From assembly GCF_009914755.1 (NCBI RefSeq), contig NC_060937.1: a stretch of DNA of 64,000 bases; one strand, given 5' to 3'. The position numbers and the translations under genes are program-made. The notes below the pieces were generated by a model. That model saw nothing but the letters and a program-made list of their open reading frames with translations. It searched no databases and had not been told where the DNA came from. Position 1 is the stretch's first letter, and every line of letters begins with the position of its first letter. Source of the stretch: the human T2T-CHM13v2.0 reference genome, Homo sapiens. Of the stretch, positions 48,255 to 62,285 are shown in pieces.

Positions 48255-50699
48255 TTATTTGTAATTTAATCAGTCACAAACTCCATGTGACACCCAAGTC
48301 AGACATGAATTGTGCCCAGGAAAATGCCACATAGCTGGACATCATTGCATTTAGTCAGATGTTCTTTAAGAATTTAATTCAATCATTTTTCCCCCAAAAT
48401 TTTGATGTTAGGAGACATGGGGAATAAAGAGTCACACCCATGTTATAGAATAAAGCAATGGTGTATCATTGGTCCTATTATAATTTCAACAGATTCTCCC
48501 AAATTTTGTTTACATTAGATAAAATTGAATTGGAGAAATGAACATGATGGTAGTGTAGTGTTTGAGCACTATGCATCATATACTGGAAAAAAGGCATTAG
48601 GTATTTTTTGAAAGCATACCAAATATAAAAAATGAGTAACAACTTCTTTAAACATATTTGTCACAGTAACTTTTTTAATATGTGTATCCTTTATGGGTAT
48701 TTTCTCCAATGGTTATTTTTGATTTTATGTCTCCTACTCATAGCTGTGTCACTGTTAGTTGGAATCAGTACATAAATTTAGTGTAAATTTGTGCTTGTGT
48801 TGACAGAATACGTCTGTTATCAAAGTTTATGTTGTTAGGGAAATGCCACTTTTCTCACTGTTGAGAATTACACATAATGGATCTACATGCTACGTTTTTT
48901 TTGAGGGTCACTGTGGAGAAAATATGTTTAGTGACATTTATTGTAGCAATAAAAAATTTCAAAGGGATGTACAAATTTTGTCTCAACTAGACTGGTTTAA
49001 GTATTGAAGAATCACTAGAAAGAGGAAAGAAAGTCTTTAGTAGAAGAAGGGTATTCCAGGAAAGTAGTGGAGGAAATTTTGTAGGACAGAATTATGTTAT
49101 CAATCATTGATCTTCTGGCAAGACCCATCTTTCAGTTTGATCTGTGCACGAAGGGGAGAGAGGAACTGTAATTAGACACTGAAAGAATGGTTGGTATGTA
49201 TAATCCTTGTGAAAATTACAAGTGCAAGAGTGCATTTTGTGAAAGTGTGAAAGTTAAGGTGTTGTGACTAAAAGAGAATTCTAGAAGAAATTCTCAAGTC
49301 TTCAGGCAGCTTCCATGACATGAGATTTGGTCACATACATCGAGAGAGCAGCATCTATGGTGGAAAATAGTGCAATAGTAAAGAATGCCTTCATTTAATT
49401 TCAAGGGAATGAGATACCAATACCAAGAGAATGAGGCTGGAACAAAAATGAGGAAAAATAGTAGACCACTTGTGGTTTCTGGCTACTACAGTCTTGAACT
49501 CATTACCTTGTAGATTGTTTCTAGCTAGAACAATTTCAGCTGCAAGTGTAAAAACTATATTTGAATCAGTTCAAGGAAAAGTAGAAAAGTTACTGGCTCA
49601 CACAAGTGCAGGAAGGCAGGGTGTGTTTGGTTTCAAGGGAACTCTGAAGAGACCTCTGTATCCAGGAACTGAAAAAATTCCTGCTTTTCTACCCCTCTAC
49701 ACCCTTCTTCACACTTGTCCCTACTCTCGTATATTTACTATGATTGTTTTACATTTGGAAAATAATCTGCGAATGTTTTCTTAGATTTAATGTGCATGTG
49801 CACACATACACACACTGCTTGTCCTTAGAAATCCCACTTTTGTGAAGCTATGCTATAGAAATAAATCAGTAGATAATAAAGAATAGAAGTATTCTTTAGA
49901 TAGATAGGTAGATAGTGCATTATAAGATGAAAGTATGTGTATGCATGCTTTCATATGCCTAAAAACGTCCCAGAAAGATATATGTAAAACTGTTAATAGA
50001 GCTACTCTGGGAAAGCAATGACTTGGCATGGGCAAGAGGAGTATGTTCCTTTTTTTTAATGCTGTATAGTCCTGCTTTGCTTATTGTATTAAAAAGTATT
50101 TTTTCTATCTTCTTGTGTAATTTTAAATTGTAGCCTTTTAAAAATGTGTAATGAAATTTTGAAATTCCTCATGTAAAAAAAAGAAATTCTTTGTGTAATT
50201 TAAAATTGTATAAAAGATCCAACCGAAAACATAAGAAAAGTAGTTTAAGATTGGAGCAGAATTTGTAATTCAAAAATCTCATTGCATGAACATTTTTAGG
50301 TCAGTTTTTCACCAAATACATATAGTAAAAATGTCGATGTGTATTAAATAGCCTCACTGGTTGTCATGGTGACATTATCTAATTTGTTTCCCATTTTCTG
50401 TTTAATCACTAATGCTACAGGAGACTTGCCTATAGCTTGTTTGGCCTCTGGAAAGTGACTGACAAATTCATGGAGAGACAAACATATACACAAATAAAAT
50501 ATGACTGCTACTCCCTATTTTCTCTTCTTCCTTTTAGTCATTTTTGAAGCACTAGCTCGGTTCACAACTGACCGAAACATCAATAGCTTCCAAAAGTCTA
50601 CTTTAGCATATCTTTTTAAAGTGGGAAGCATACCATCTGGGCATTAGATAAGTTCGTTTCTAGTCACAGCTCTTACACTTACACAGTGCCTATTATTTT

Positions 50700-50930
50700 A
50701 TCATTTACCTGGAACTTGACAGTCTACAAACTACTTTCAAGTAAACTATTATATTTAATCCTCATAAAAGCTCTGAGATTCATGGTACTATCACCCCCAT
50801 TTTAAAGATAAGAGATCTCAAACAAGAAAGGTTAAATTACTTGCCCAAGGTAAGAGCAATTTATAATTGGAATTGCGAGAGAAATGACACAAACTTAAGT
50901 TTGTAGACTTCAAGCCCAAAGCTTGTTTCA
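50700..50930 (-). mobile_element. MIR relic
   Basis: tttaatcctcataaaagctctgag...cccccattttaaagataagag...ggttaaattacttgcccaagg. Confidence 0.75.
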
Positions 50931-50988
50931 AGATGCTATTGCCTAGTAGACCATGCCTTTTACAAACAACACTTAATATAACATATTA

Positions 50989-51300
<312 letters not shown>

Positions 51301-51420
51301 AAAAAGTAATAGGGTGGATATGTACAATATTAATAGAGATACTAAATAAGACACAGATATAGATCAAGATAGCATTCAAGATAAGTGTATCAAAAAGTGC
51401 AGAGAATAGTAGGGCACTGA

Positions 51421-51978
<558 letters not shown>

Positions 51979-52214
51979 TAGAAGGCTGTTTTCTTAACTT
52001 GAGAATATCTAAAACCACAAGCTATGATTGCATTTAAAATTAAACAGTGAAACCATTCTCATTAAACTCTCATAGGAAACAAGTGTTTCTGCTATTGCTA
52101 ATGTTGTCTAACATTGCCCTGGAAGCTCTTGACCAGTGATTCTTAATTTCCTTGACCAGGGATTCTCAGTTTTCTGGCATTGCGCACTCTAATCATATAG
52201 AACTTTTACAAATA

Positions 52215-52337
52215 CAGTTATGCACTGCATAACAATGTTTTGGGCAACAAACCACATACAGGATAGAGCTGAACAACTTTGATTACCTAGTGATGTTGTA
52301 GCCATGCTAACATCATAGTACAGTGCATTACTCATGT
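52215..52337 (+). mobile_element. Tigger3-family left-end fragment
   Basis: ta|cagttatgcactgcataacaatgtttt...cctagtgatgttgtagcc...gcattactcatgt. Confidence 0.7.
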
Positions 52338-52339
52338 AA

Positions 52340-54630
52340 TGATAAATTCATAAGTTGTCAGTAAAGTTGCAGGATACAAAATCAACATAGAAAATTAACA
52401 GTGTTTCTATGTACTAATAATTACTGGAAAAGAAAATTAAGAAAACAATCCCATTTTAAAAAACAATAAAAAACTCAATACTCAGGTGTAAGTTTAACCA
52501 AGGTGCTAAAAGACTTGTTTACTGAAAACTATAAAACACTGATGAAAGAAATTGAAAACACAAATAAATGGAAAGATACCATTATTTTCCATAATAATGG
52601 TAGTAAAAATGTCCATACTACCCAGCGTGATCTACAGATTTAATGCGATCCCTATCAAAATTTAAAAGTATTTTTCAAAGAAATAGAAAAAACTCCTAAA
52701 ATTTGTATAAAAGAGAAAAAGACGTTAAATAGTCAAAGGAATCTTGAGCAAAAGAATAAACCTGGAGGCATCACAATACCTGACATCAAATATTCTACAA
52801 AACATAAAAACACAGACATAGACCAATGGAAGAGACTATAGGGCCAAGAAATAAATTCATGTATTAATGATCAATTGGTTTTCAACAAAGAACTCATAAT
52901 GGGGAGAGGGCAGTTTCTTCAATAAATAGTGTTGAGACAACTGGATATCTACATGTAGAAGAAGGAAATTTAGACACTTGTCTCACTTTATATACAAAAA
53001 TCAACTCAAAATGGACTAAAGACTTAAACATAATATCTGAAGTTGTAAAAGGACCAGAAGAAAACTTAGAAGAAAAGCTCTGTGACATTTGGGCACTGAT
53101 TTTTTTGAATGTGAACCCAAAGCACAGGCAACAAAAGCAAAAATAGACAAATGGTAGAGCATCAAACCGAAAACCTTCTGCAGAGCAAATAAGACAACTG
53201 ACAAAGTGAAGTGATAACTCACAGCATAGAAGATATTTGCAAACCATGTATCTGACATGGGGTTAAGATCCAAAATATATAAATAACTCAAACAACTCAA
53301 TAGTCAGAAAACAACTTGATTAAAACATGGGCAAAAGACCTAAACAGTAATTTCTTCAAAGAAGACATACAAATGGCCAATGCATATGTGAAAAGATGCT
53401 TAGCATAACTAATTAGGGAAATGTAAATTAAACCACAATGACATGTAACCTCAGAGGCTTTTATCAAAAAGATTAAAGATAAGTATTGGAGAGGATGTAG
53501 AGAAAAGCGAACTCTTACATACTATAGACGAGAATGTGAATTAGTACAGACGTTATGGAAAACACCATAGAGGCTTCTCAAAAAACTAAAAATAGAACTA
53601 CCATGCAACTCATTTGTCATACTTCTAGGGATATGTCAAAAGGAACTGAAATTAATATGTAGAAGGGATATTTGCATTTCCATGTTAATTGCAGCAGCAT
53701 TCACAATAGCCAAATTATGGAAACAAACTAGGTGTCCATCAACGGATAAAACAAAGATATATAAAACAACGGTATATATACACAATGGAATAATATTCAG
53801 CCTTAAAAAAATAGGAAAATCCTGTCATTTGCAACAATATGGATAAATCTGGAGGATATTATGCTAAATAAAATAAGCCATGCACAGAAAGAAATACCAC
53901 ATGATCTCACTTATATGTGAAATGTAAAAAAGCTGAACTCACAGAAATAGAGATTAAAATGATGGTTACAAAGGGCTGGGAGAGTGGAAGGGAAGGGAAC
54001 CCGCAGTTGCTGATCAAAGAGGACGAAGTTTCAGATACATGAACAATAAGTTTTGAGATCTGTTACTTAGCAGGGTGGCTATAGTCAATAATAATGTACA
54101 GTCCACCCTTCCCCTTCAGATATGTGGGTTCTGCATTCCTGGATTCAACCAACTGAGGATCAAACATATTCAGAAAAAAAATTGCATCTGTATTAAATAT
54201 GTACAGACTTTTTTCTTGTCATTTCCTAAATGATACAATATAACAATTATTTACATAGAATTTACATTGTATTAGGTATTATAAGTAATATAGAGATGAT
54301 TTAAAGTATATGGTAGGATGTGCATAGGTTGCATGCAAATACTATACCATTTTACATTCTGGACTTGAGCATTTGTAAATTTTGATATCTCTGAGAGGTT
54401 CTAGAACCAATCTCCCAAGGATATGGAGGGACAACTGTATTATATATTTCAAAATAACTAAGAGGGTAAATTTCGAATGTCTCACCATAATAAAATGATA
54501 GATAAGTGAGGTGATATGTTGAAAGTTTGGTGTAATCATGTCAATTTATACACATATATGAAATCTCATTGTACTTTATAAATCTATAGGATTATGATTT
54601 TTCAATCAAAATGGTAATAAATTTTTAAAA
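52340..54630 (+). mobile_element. 5'-truncated L1MA (6-8-like), interrupted by MER2
   Basis: cagtaaagttgcaggatacaaaatcaac through 3'UTR ttcaaaataactaagagggtaaatttcgaatgtctcacc. Confidence 0.85.
54099..54437. mobile_element. MER2 (Tigger-family MITE)
   Basis: CAG...CTG ends with TA TSD; ggattcaaccaactg; tacattgtattaggtattataagtaat. Confidence 0.88.
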
Positions 54631-55356
54631 GTATCATAGGAGTACAGTGTTAGACTACCAGAAATATACAGAATAATAAAAAAAAGACACTGGGTGAAAT
54701 AATTTCAAAAATTTGTACACAATAATGCCCTTGTTGCTATTAAATAGGATTTATTTTTCAAATAGAGCCTCAATTTCTAATACAGTGGGTACCAGTAATG
54801 AAGAGAATCAATGTGATTCAAGCAGAGTTATTAAAATTAATTTAATAACATTAAAATATTAAGTTTTGAGAATAATGATTTACATAGCTTTGAAAATGGT
54901 GATTTCTAGTTTCTGAGGTTGAAGAAACTAGATGCCTCTATGATGGATATACTTTTATATTTTTTCTTTCCTGTTATGTAGTGATATTTTGTTGAAATAG
55001 TAGTATATATTAGAATTCATTCATTTTGTGTATATTGCTGCTGTGTATTAATATTAAAAATGAAATAATTGCTTTTAGTGCATGCTATAGCATAAATTAG
55101 AAATCCTTCAAACTTATTATGTCTTGTATGCTTTATACCATGTTTTTCTTAACTGAAGCATTTGTTTATATGCACATTTCATAGCTACCTATATAGAAAT
55201 TAACTCAAATCTTGATTTGTTTCTTACTAAAATGTGGTACTCTATTTTATTTTACAGGACCCTGAGTATGTTATGAATTTTTATGTATAAGAAAATTCTG
55301 TTTTGTTTTTATTATGGACCAATATTTACTGACATCTATATATTTGTTTTAATACA

Positions 55357-56004
55357 CAGTCGATTCTCATTATTTGGGGAGTTATGTTCAACAAAGTCGG
55401 CTCAAACACTGAATTCATGATTACTGAAACAATGCTCCTAAGGGAAAAACACGGCTAGGTGACTGTGAGCCTTTTGTCACAACATTCTCAGCAACAGATC
55501 AATTCATAACTTTGTTGTATATGTGTTTCTGTTTAAAGATACCTGATTAATATACATTGTTGATTCAGTACCATTGAACTCATGGCCAACAGCACTGTAA
55601 CTCAAGCCTGAAGGAAGCGTATCTAACACAGGTATTTTCTCAGTAAGGCACATCACAGCCTTCTTGCACTTAAGATGCTAGACAGCATTTCAGCATCATG
55701 CTTGGGGTCATTCCAAACAGTGAAATAACAAAGGAAAAGCACAAAAGTCTAAAAAGTAGGGCTCCAGATAGACTGAGAAATCTATACTTTTTTACAGAAC
55801 GAGAACTGGAACAAGAAAGTAGAGCACCACTTTGTTCAAATTTAGCCGGTAACGTGCACATCCGGCAACTGAGATTTTTTGCTATTCTGTGCATGTCTGT
55901 TAAGACCAAGAAATCTACATGAATATTGATTTTAGTGTTAAAATAAATTTTAGCAAGTAGGCAAATTTGCAAATATGGAATCTGCAAATAAGGAGGATCA
56001 ACTG
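55357..56004. mobile_element. MER82-like Tigger-family element
   Basis: TIRs cagtcgattctcattattt / aaataaggaggatcaactg; 648 bp. Confidence 0.82.
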
Positions 56005-56069
56005 TATTTCATTAAAGTATTTAATGAAACATTACTGCATATTCAGAACACATAAACAGCAAATTCATT

Positions 56070-56430
56070 CTTTTTTAAAAATCGAGGTGAAATTCTCGAA
56101 ACATAAAATTAATCATTTAAAATTCAGGGGCATTTAGTACATTCACAGTGTTGTGCAAACATTACCTTTATATAGACCCCAAACATTTTCATCATCACAA
56201 AATAAAGCCCTTTAAGACTTCACTTCCCATTCCTCCCTTCCACCAACCCTTAGCAACTACTAATCTGCTTTTTCTATGAATTTACCTATTCTGGATGTTT
56301 CATATACATGGAATCATGTAGTATGTGGCCTTTTGTGTCTGACTGTTTAGCATATTTTTTTGAAGTTCATCCCATCTGTAGCATGTATCAGTACTCCGTT
56401 CCTTTTCATGGCTAATACTCTTCCATTGTA
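56070..56430 (-). mobile_element. L1MB 3' end fragment
   Basis: ggcatttagtacattcacagtgttgtgcaa...tttacctattctggatgtttcatatacatggaatc. Confidence 0.8.
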
Positions 56431-56971
56431 ACAAATCCACTCTTAACTATCAATACGTTATGATGAAATATATTCTTTTTTCAAAAAATTACTTTCCATT
56501 TATCAAAAACTCTTAGAGAGGATTCCATAAGAAAATGTGAGCTGTTTTGAACTTAATTAATAGGACCTAGAAGAATAAGACATTAGTCAGAAGATTCCAG
56601 GTAGAAAAATCCTTTTAAAGAAACATGAAGTTTTCAAAAACGGAAAAAAAATATGTTTTGTGAGCAGCAATCCTCTGGAATTCTGTCCATTTTTCTTTCT
56701 TATTGGGAATTTTTAGTTGCTTAGTATTTTTTTTTCCCCCATTTTGTTCTTTGGCTGCTTGGATATGTTTTTTTTTTCCCCCAGGATTTTCATACTTGAT
56801 CTTCTAGCCTTACTACCTTCAATGTTTAAGTAATGTGACTTTTGAACTGTATCTGAAGCTGTACATGCTGAAATTATAAAACCAAAGGCCACATAAAAAT
56901 TAAAAAGTGATTTCTAAAATTAAGGCTGTAGCATTAAATGGAATGGCAAAGATTTTTTTTTTTTTTTAAAT

Positions 56972-57105
56972 AACAACTGTTGGGCATTATGCTCACTGTC
57001 TGGGTAATGGGATCATTCATACACCAAACTCCAATGACATGCAATTTACCCACACAACAAACCTGCACATGTACCCCACATACCTAAAATAAAAGTTGAA
57101 AAAAT
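56972..57105 (+). mobile_element. L1PA16-like 3' tip, next to an antisense L1MD/ME relic (57106-57290)
   Basis: tatgctcactgtctgggtaatgggatcattc...acctgcacatgtacccc...aaaataaaagttgaaaaaa. Confidence 0.8.
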
Positions 57106-58714
57106 ATTTGGAGGTCAATTTATACATAGTAAAATGTGTCTATTTAAAATATACAGGTTGATAAGCAATGACACAATTGAACAATGGTGCAAATATGTTT
57201 ATGTAACCACCTCATTAATTAAGAGGCAAAACTTCCCATCACCCCAAAATGTTTCTTTGTAGCTAGCCTTACCTGTTCCCTCACCCTCAACGTAAAATAA
57301 CAAATAAAAGCCAATTTAAACAAGGCCAAAATATCTGGAAAACTACAAGTTCAAAGTAGAGATAAATCATGGAGAAATGTTATGCTTTTACTCACATCTG
57401 TAAAATTAACTGTTAGGAGAAATAGGAGTTTCAGTTATTAATGGTGGTATAAAATAGATATTTCTCCTCAAAAGTTTAGTAGGTTTTGTTGAACTTTCGG
57501 TGATAATTTGAGAATATGAATCAGCCAAGTATAATCACTGAAATTGCTTGATTCAAACATATGATCTATGAAATTGAATTCCTCTGCACATACAAAGGTT
57601 AATATTAATGGATCACACATGGCTATATGTATAAATGGTGCCCTCTTCCTTACGGCACACAAAAGAAAAATAGATAAATTCCCTAACATAAGTGTGCCTC
57701 TTTGACCCATTCAAGCAATGACCTGTCTGGGGTAAAACTGATTAGTGAGGAAACAAGGAGAGGAGCCTAAAAATTTTTACCCAGTTTCATCCTCTGCATG
57801 AATAGCATAGATATTTTCCCTATTTTTTGAATCACTACCAGCACATACACATTTATCCTGATTGTTTCCCCCCACCAAGAAAAACTTTAAAAATATGTCA
57901 CATTTCAAATTTTCTCGTAAGTGGTTGGTTTTTACTTGATGCAACATTGCTAAACATTTTGATGAGATTTTATAGGAATTCTCAGTGCTATAAATCAAAC
58001 ATTGCCTATACTTTATTTATGTCCATATATATGATATATATGGGCATATATATTATAAGCAATCAACAGACATTTCCAACAGCTGACTTTAATTGCAATA
58101 TGCTACGTGTCAGCAGCATTTGGAAAAATGCATTTTATCAAAGATAACTTGTTTAAAGACATCTTGAAAATGACAAAAACCATCCATCAAATTTCAAAAG
58201 TTGTGAATGTGGGTAATATTAATGGGAACTAGTGTTGACTCCTCTTTTCCATTAATCATTCTGCGATGCTTTTAGATAATTATTTGACATGAGGAGCGTG
58301 AAAGAGATTTGGAGGACAGGTAATTGACAATGGTTATGAAGAGATCAAAACCAAACAAAAAAATCTATCTATGTGTGAGTGTTTGCACACATATACTCCT
58401 TGGTAGAACTAGGAAACAGGTTAGTTTTACAGAATTCAAAATTACTTTTATTCCACTATTTAAAGTGTAATCATGGCATGTTGAGCAGAAGGTAGTTTAG
58501 ATTCCATAACAGTGTGATTTCCTTTTTATAATATCCTTGAAAATCATCATTGACTCTCTCCTTGGACTATCAACTGAAGAAGGGAGAATCAGCATGCTAA
58601 ATGAACCCATTCCATTGTTGGACACTTTCAAACGTTAGAAGATTCATTAGGTTCTTCTGTCTTTTAGACTTCGTTTTGATTTTTGGAGTAGTAAGACCAG
58701 ATAGTCTCTTGTTT

Positions 58715-59875
58715 GACATCATTTTAAATATCTGACATAATTATTACAGCTCCCTTTGGGCTTCTTTTCTGCCCAATATGGTTCCTAGTTTCTTCAGTTG
58801 TTTCTCTTAATTAAAAATCCCCATATCCTTCATCTGGAGAGAATTTCTCAGAACATATTCTACTTTGTGTCTTATAATATGGTATTCAGAATTGAAAACA
58901 ATGCTCTTACATGTTGTAAACAGTTCAGAGAAGAGTGAAAGTCTTACCTACCATGATTTAAACACTACCGTTATATCCATGTAGCGTAAAAATAAAGCAG
59001 CATTGTAGCAGTCATTACACTGTTGACTCATATAAACTTATGGTCAACAAGACTTAGTTGAAGTGCCAGGAAACCAAGTAGCTTCCCTCTTTGTCTATAC
59101 ACTTAAAAGTTTATCCTGTTTTACACCCATTAGATGGCTACTATCTAAAGAATGGAAAACAACAAGTATAGCGAGGATGTGGAGAAATAGAAAATGTGTT
59201 ATATACATTCAATGGAGTATTATCCAGCATTAAAAAGAAAGTATTCTAACACATCCTACAACATGGATGAATGAACCTTGAGGATATTATGCTAAGTGAA
59301 ATAAACCAGTCACAAAAAGACAAACTCAGAGAAGAGAAAGTAGAATTGTGGTTGGCAAGGGATGGCGGGAGAAGGAAAGAAGAGTTAGTGTTTCGAGGGT
59401 ATAGAGTTTTGGTTTTGCTAGATGCATAGAGATATTTTACAACTATGTGAATATATTGAACACCACAGACCTCTACACATAAAAATGACTATTTAATATT
59501 ATGGTTTTTTTTACCATAGCAAAAAAGAAAAAATTATCGTGTTTCAGTATAATGTTTCAGATTGTTTAATTTCCATAGCATTTATTGTATTACATATTCC
59601 TCCAAACATTATTCTTATTTGATAAATAATTTTTATTTCATAATAATTCATGAAAAATATTAATAGAACAGAGACAGAATATCCTGTAGCATTCCATTAT
59701 AGGTATTCTGTAAGATTGAAACTAAGTAATTAATCAACAACCTTTGGGTATTTATTATTCTTTAACAAATCATGGCTCTACATATCAATGCATCTTTTGA
59801 ACCCATAATTTGCCATCTACAATGATATCTTAGAAGACTTTGTAAAATATTAGCTGAAGTCAAGGCAGCTTGACT
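58715..59875 (-). mobile_element. L3/CR1 relic split by an L1MB fragment
   Basis: ttcagaattgaaaacaatgctc...gcagtcattacactgttgactcata...aaaatattaatagaacagagacagaatatcctgtagc. Confidence 0.55.
59120..59530 (+). mobile_element. L1MB 3' fragment with internal deletions
   Basis: cacccattagatggctac...caacatggatgaatgaaccttgaggatattatgctaagtgaaataaaccagtcac. Confidence 0.8.
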
Positions 59876-60019
59876 TACCAATTTAAGATAATGAAATGTT
59901 CATCAAAATCTTCTCTAAAATATACTACATCTGTTTAATCTTTTTTAAAATGACAGGAACTGAAAATAAGCTATAAGTTTAAATTGAGGGTCTAATTTTT
60001 AAAAGTTTCCATTGTTGCC

Positions 60020-60200
60020 TATTATCTATTGCCTATTGCTGTACCACAAATGACCCCAAAGTTTTAGAGGTTTTTAAACTAATTATTTCATTATATATAC
60101 CAACTTTGGACTCTGGAATTAGAGCAGAAGTTTGCTGGTGGTCCTTCTGTTCCATGTGGCGTGGAGAGAGTTCATTCCATGAAATTTAGCTTGTCTAGAG
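60020..60200 (-). mobile_element. Old MLT1 (H/J-like) LTR fragment
   Basis: ctattgctgtaccacaaatgaccccaaag...ggtccttctgttccatgtggc. Confidence 0.5.
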
Positions 60201-60462
60201 GTCATTAAATAATAAGGTCATTAAACAAATAATGGAAGTTGGAAAAAAGGTTGGAAAGCATTGGAATAAAATATTTGCATATTTGAAAATTGCTTCCAGT
60301 GTGTAGCTTCTTCCCCAGAACAAGTAAGGTTAGCATTAAAGAATAACATTCTATCAGACAAAATGTGATTTATTCCTCTGAGATATAGGTGAGATACATT
60401 TGAAACTAAATTTTTGGTCATCTCTGGGAGATAAAAACAAAGAGTAAAATATCTAAATATCT

Positions 60463-60545
60463 AAATACATTTTATATACTAATGATTGGTTTAAAATGAC
60501 TATATAAAATACATTTTATATACTAATGATTGGTTTAAAATGACT
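60463..60545 (+). repeat. Perfect 39-bp direct duplication with 5-bp spacer
   Basis: aaatacattttatatactaatgattggtttaaaatgact at 60463-60501 and 60507-60545. Confidence 0.95.
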
Positions 60546-62044
60546 TATTCTTTAACGTTTCTTCACAGTGACATCCATTTTGCATTGCCCTTCTATTTAT
60601 TTTTCAATTTTCCATTCTGATATTTCTTTTTAGGATAAATATTAGATTGTTCAAAATCCTTATACGTAAACATAACAATATAACTCACCATAGTAAATGT
60701 AAAATTCCATAAGTAGATTGATATGATTATACATTGCAGACTGTTTTCAGCCTTTATGTAATTTTATTTTTCATATGAATTTGTATTTAACAAATAATTT
60801 GAAGCCAGTTTCAGGAAGGGTGAAGGGTTGTAAAGAACAATGTCAGATACTTAAGCTTCCTCCTTTCTTCATGCTGAGGCTGGTCCATCTTTCACTTCAG
60901 TCTATGCATTGCCACAACTCTCAGTTAAATAAAGAGCAAGATTAGAAGAGCTAATTTACTGTTTGCTTGAGAGTAGTCTAGGATGGGGAGCAGAAAATTA
61001 GATACAGCCAATTTTCATTATCAGAAAGCCTAAAACATTAAACTTACTATTGACCTAGAAGAGTTGTATACTATTAAGTAATAGGTGACTTACTTTAAAG
61101 GAAAAAAACCCTCAAAGTCCTACATAAAAGGAAATAACACATCAAACATACATTTTCTTGATCTTGCTATATTTATAAATTAGTTTCTAGGGGATTTTAA
61201 GGGTGTATATAAGATGCTCAATTTACAATAATATGTCATGTTCTAACTCTTCATTCCTAATGTTTCTTTTTCTTTAACAAACCTAGAGCCTTAACTTTTT
61301 ATTTTGATGTGTTTAAAGGGCTAATTTTCTAGGAATTTAATGAAATATTACTATTGTAATAATTATTACTAATTATAAATATTGTGATAATTATTAGTAA
61401 TGTAATAATACTATTGTAACTATCTGCTTAGATAAAGATGTAACTTCTTAAGGGTTAAGGAGAGTCAGAACCAAAGATCGGGTAGGTAGGTTATCTTTAT
61501 AATGTTTACCTAACAGAGCAGTTGCTTATTAACAATGTCTGGTTAAAGTTACATTTTTTCCTCCCAGTCTGCAGATTTTTAGATAGCTGAAATTAAAACC
61601 TAGAGTCTTTAGAAAGTTTGACTTTTGCAGATTTTTTTTCCTGGTGAATTCACTTAGGAACCGTAGATCATCATGATAACTTAATACATAACATCTTTCT
61701 AATTTGCTAAGTCAAATCACTTGAATTCTGCAAAGCATTTGTGTCAATATAGTCAGAATGAGACTTCCCGTACACAGGGAATAATCAAAGCAGTTGCAAG
61801 TTAGTATAGCTCTCTTTAGCTCCTAAACTTTAACACTGGGGAGGTAGAATGAATTACTATTCTCCATTAGGTAGTATAGCCTTGGACTCTCTATTATACA
61901 AAAGGTTGATATAAATTCAGTAAGTTCATACTTAGCTTCCATAATCTATATTTAGTTATTAAAGAAAATATGAAATTTATAATGTAGGATGCTGATATGA
62001 AAGTTGTCATTATAATATGTTATTTTAAAAGTTATTTTTACTGT

Positions 62045-62285
62045 ATTTATTTCATTTATTGATTGATTTTTACATTGACAAAATTGTAATTCTTATAAAC
62101 ATCATGATGTTTTGAAGAATATATACACTGTGGACAGCTAAATCTAGCTAATTGACTATACGTTACTTCACATAGATATCATTTTGGTGGTGAGAATATT
62201 TAATCTACTTTCTTAGAATGTTTCAATAATGCAGTATATTGTTATTAACTGTGGTCACCATGTTGTACAAGTACTCTTGAATTTT
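62045..62285 (-). mobile_element. L1MA 3' end fragment
   Basis: catgatgttttgaagaatatatacactgtgg...ttattaactgtggtcaccatgttgtacaa. Confidence 0.8.

Noticed and set aside
57468-57710. 80-aa minus-strand ORF in unique sequence (EEFNFIDHMFESSNFSDY...)
   Set aside because: No recognisable homology; length compatible with chance; cannot be supported without a search
61345-61420. AT-rich imperfect palindrome (attactaat / attagtaat)
   Set aside because: Short and expected in very AT-rich low-complexity DNA
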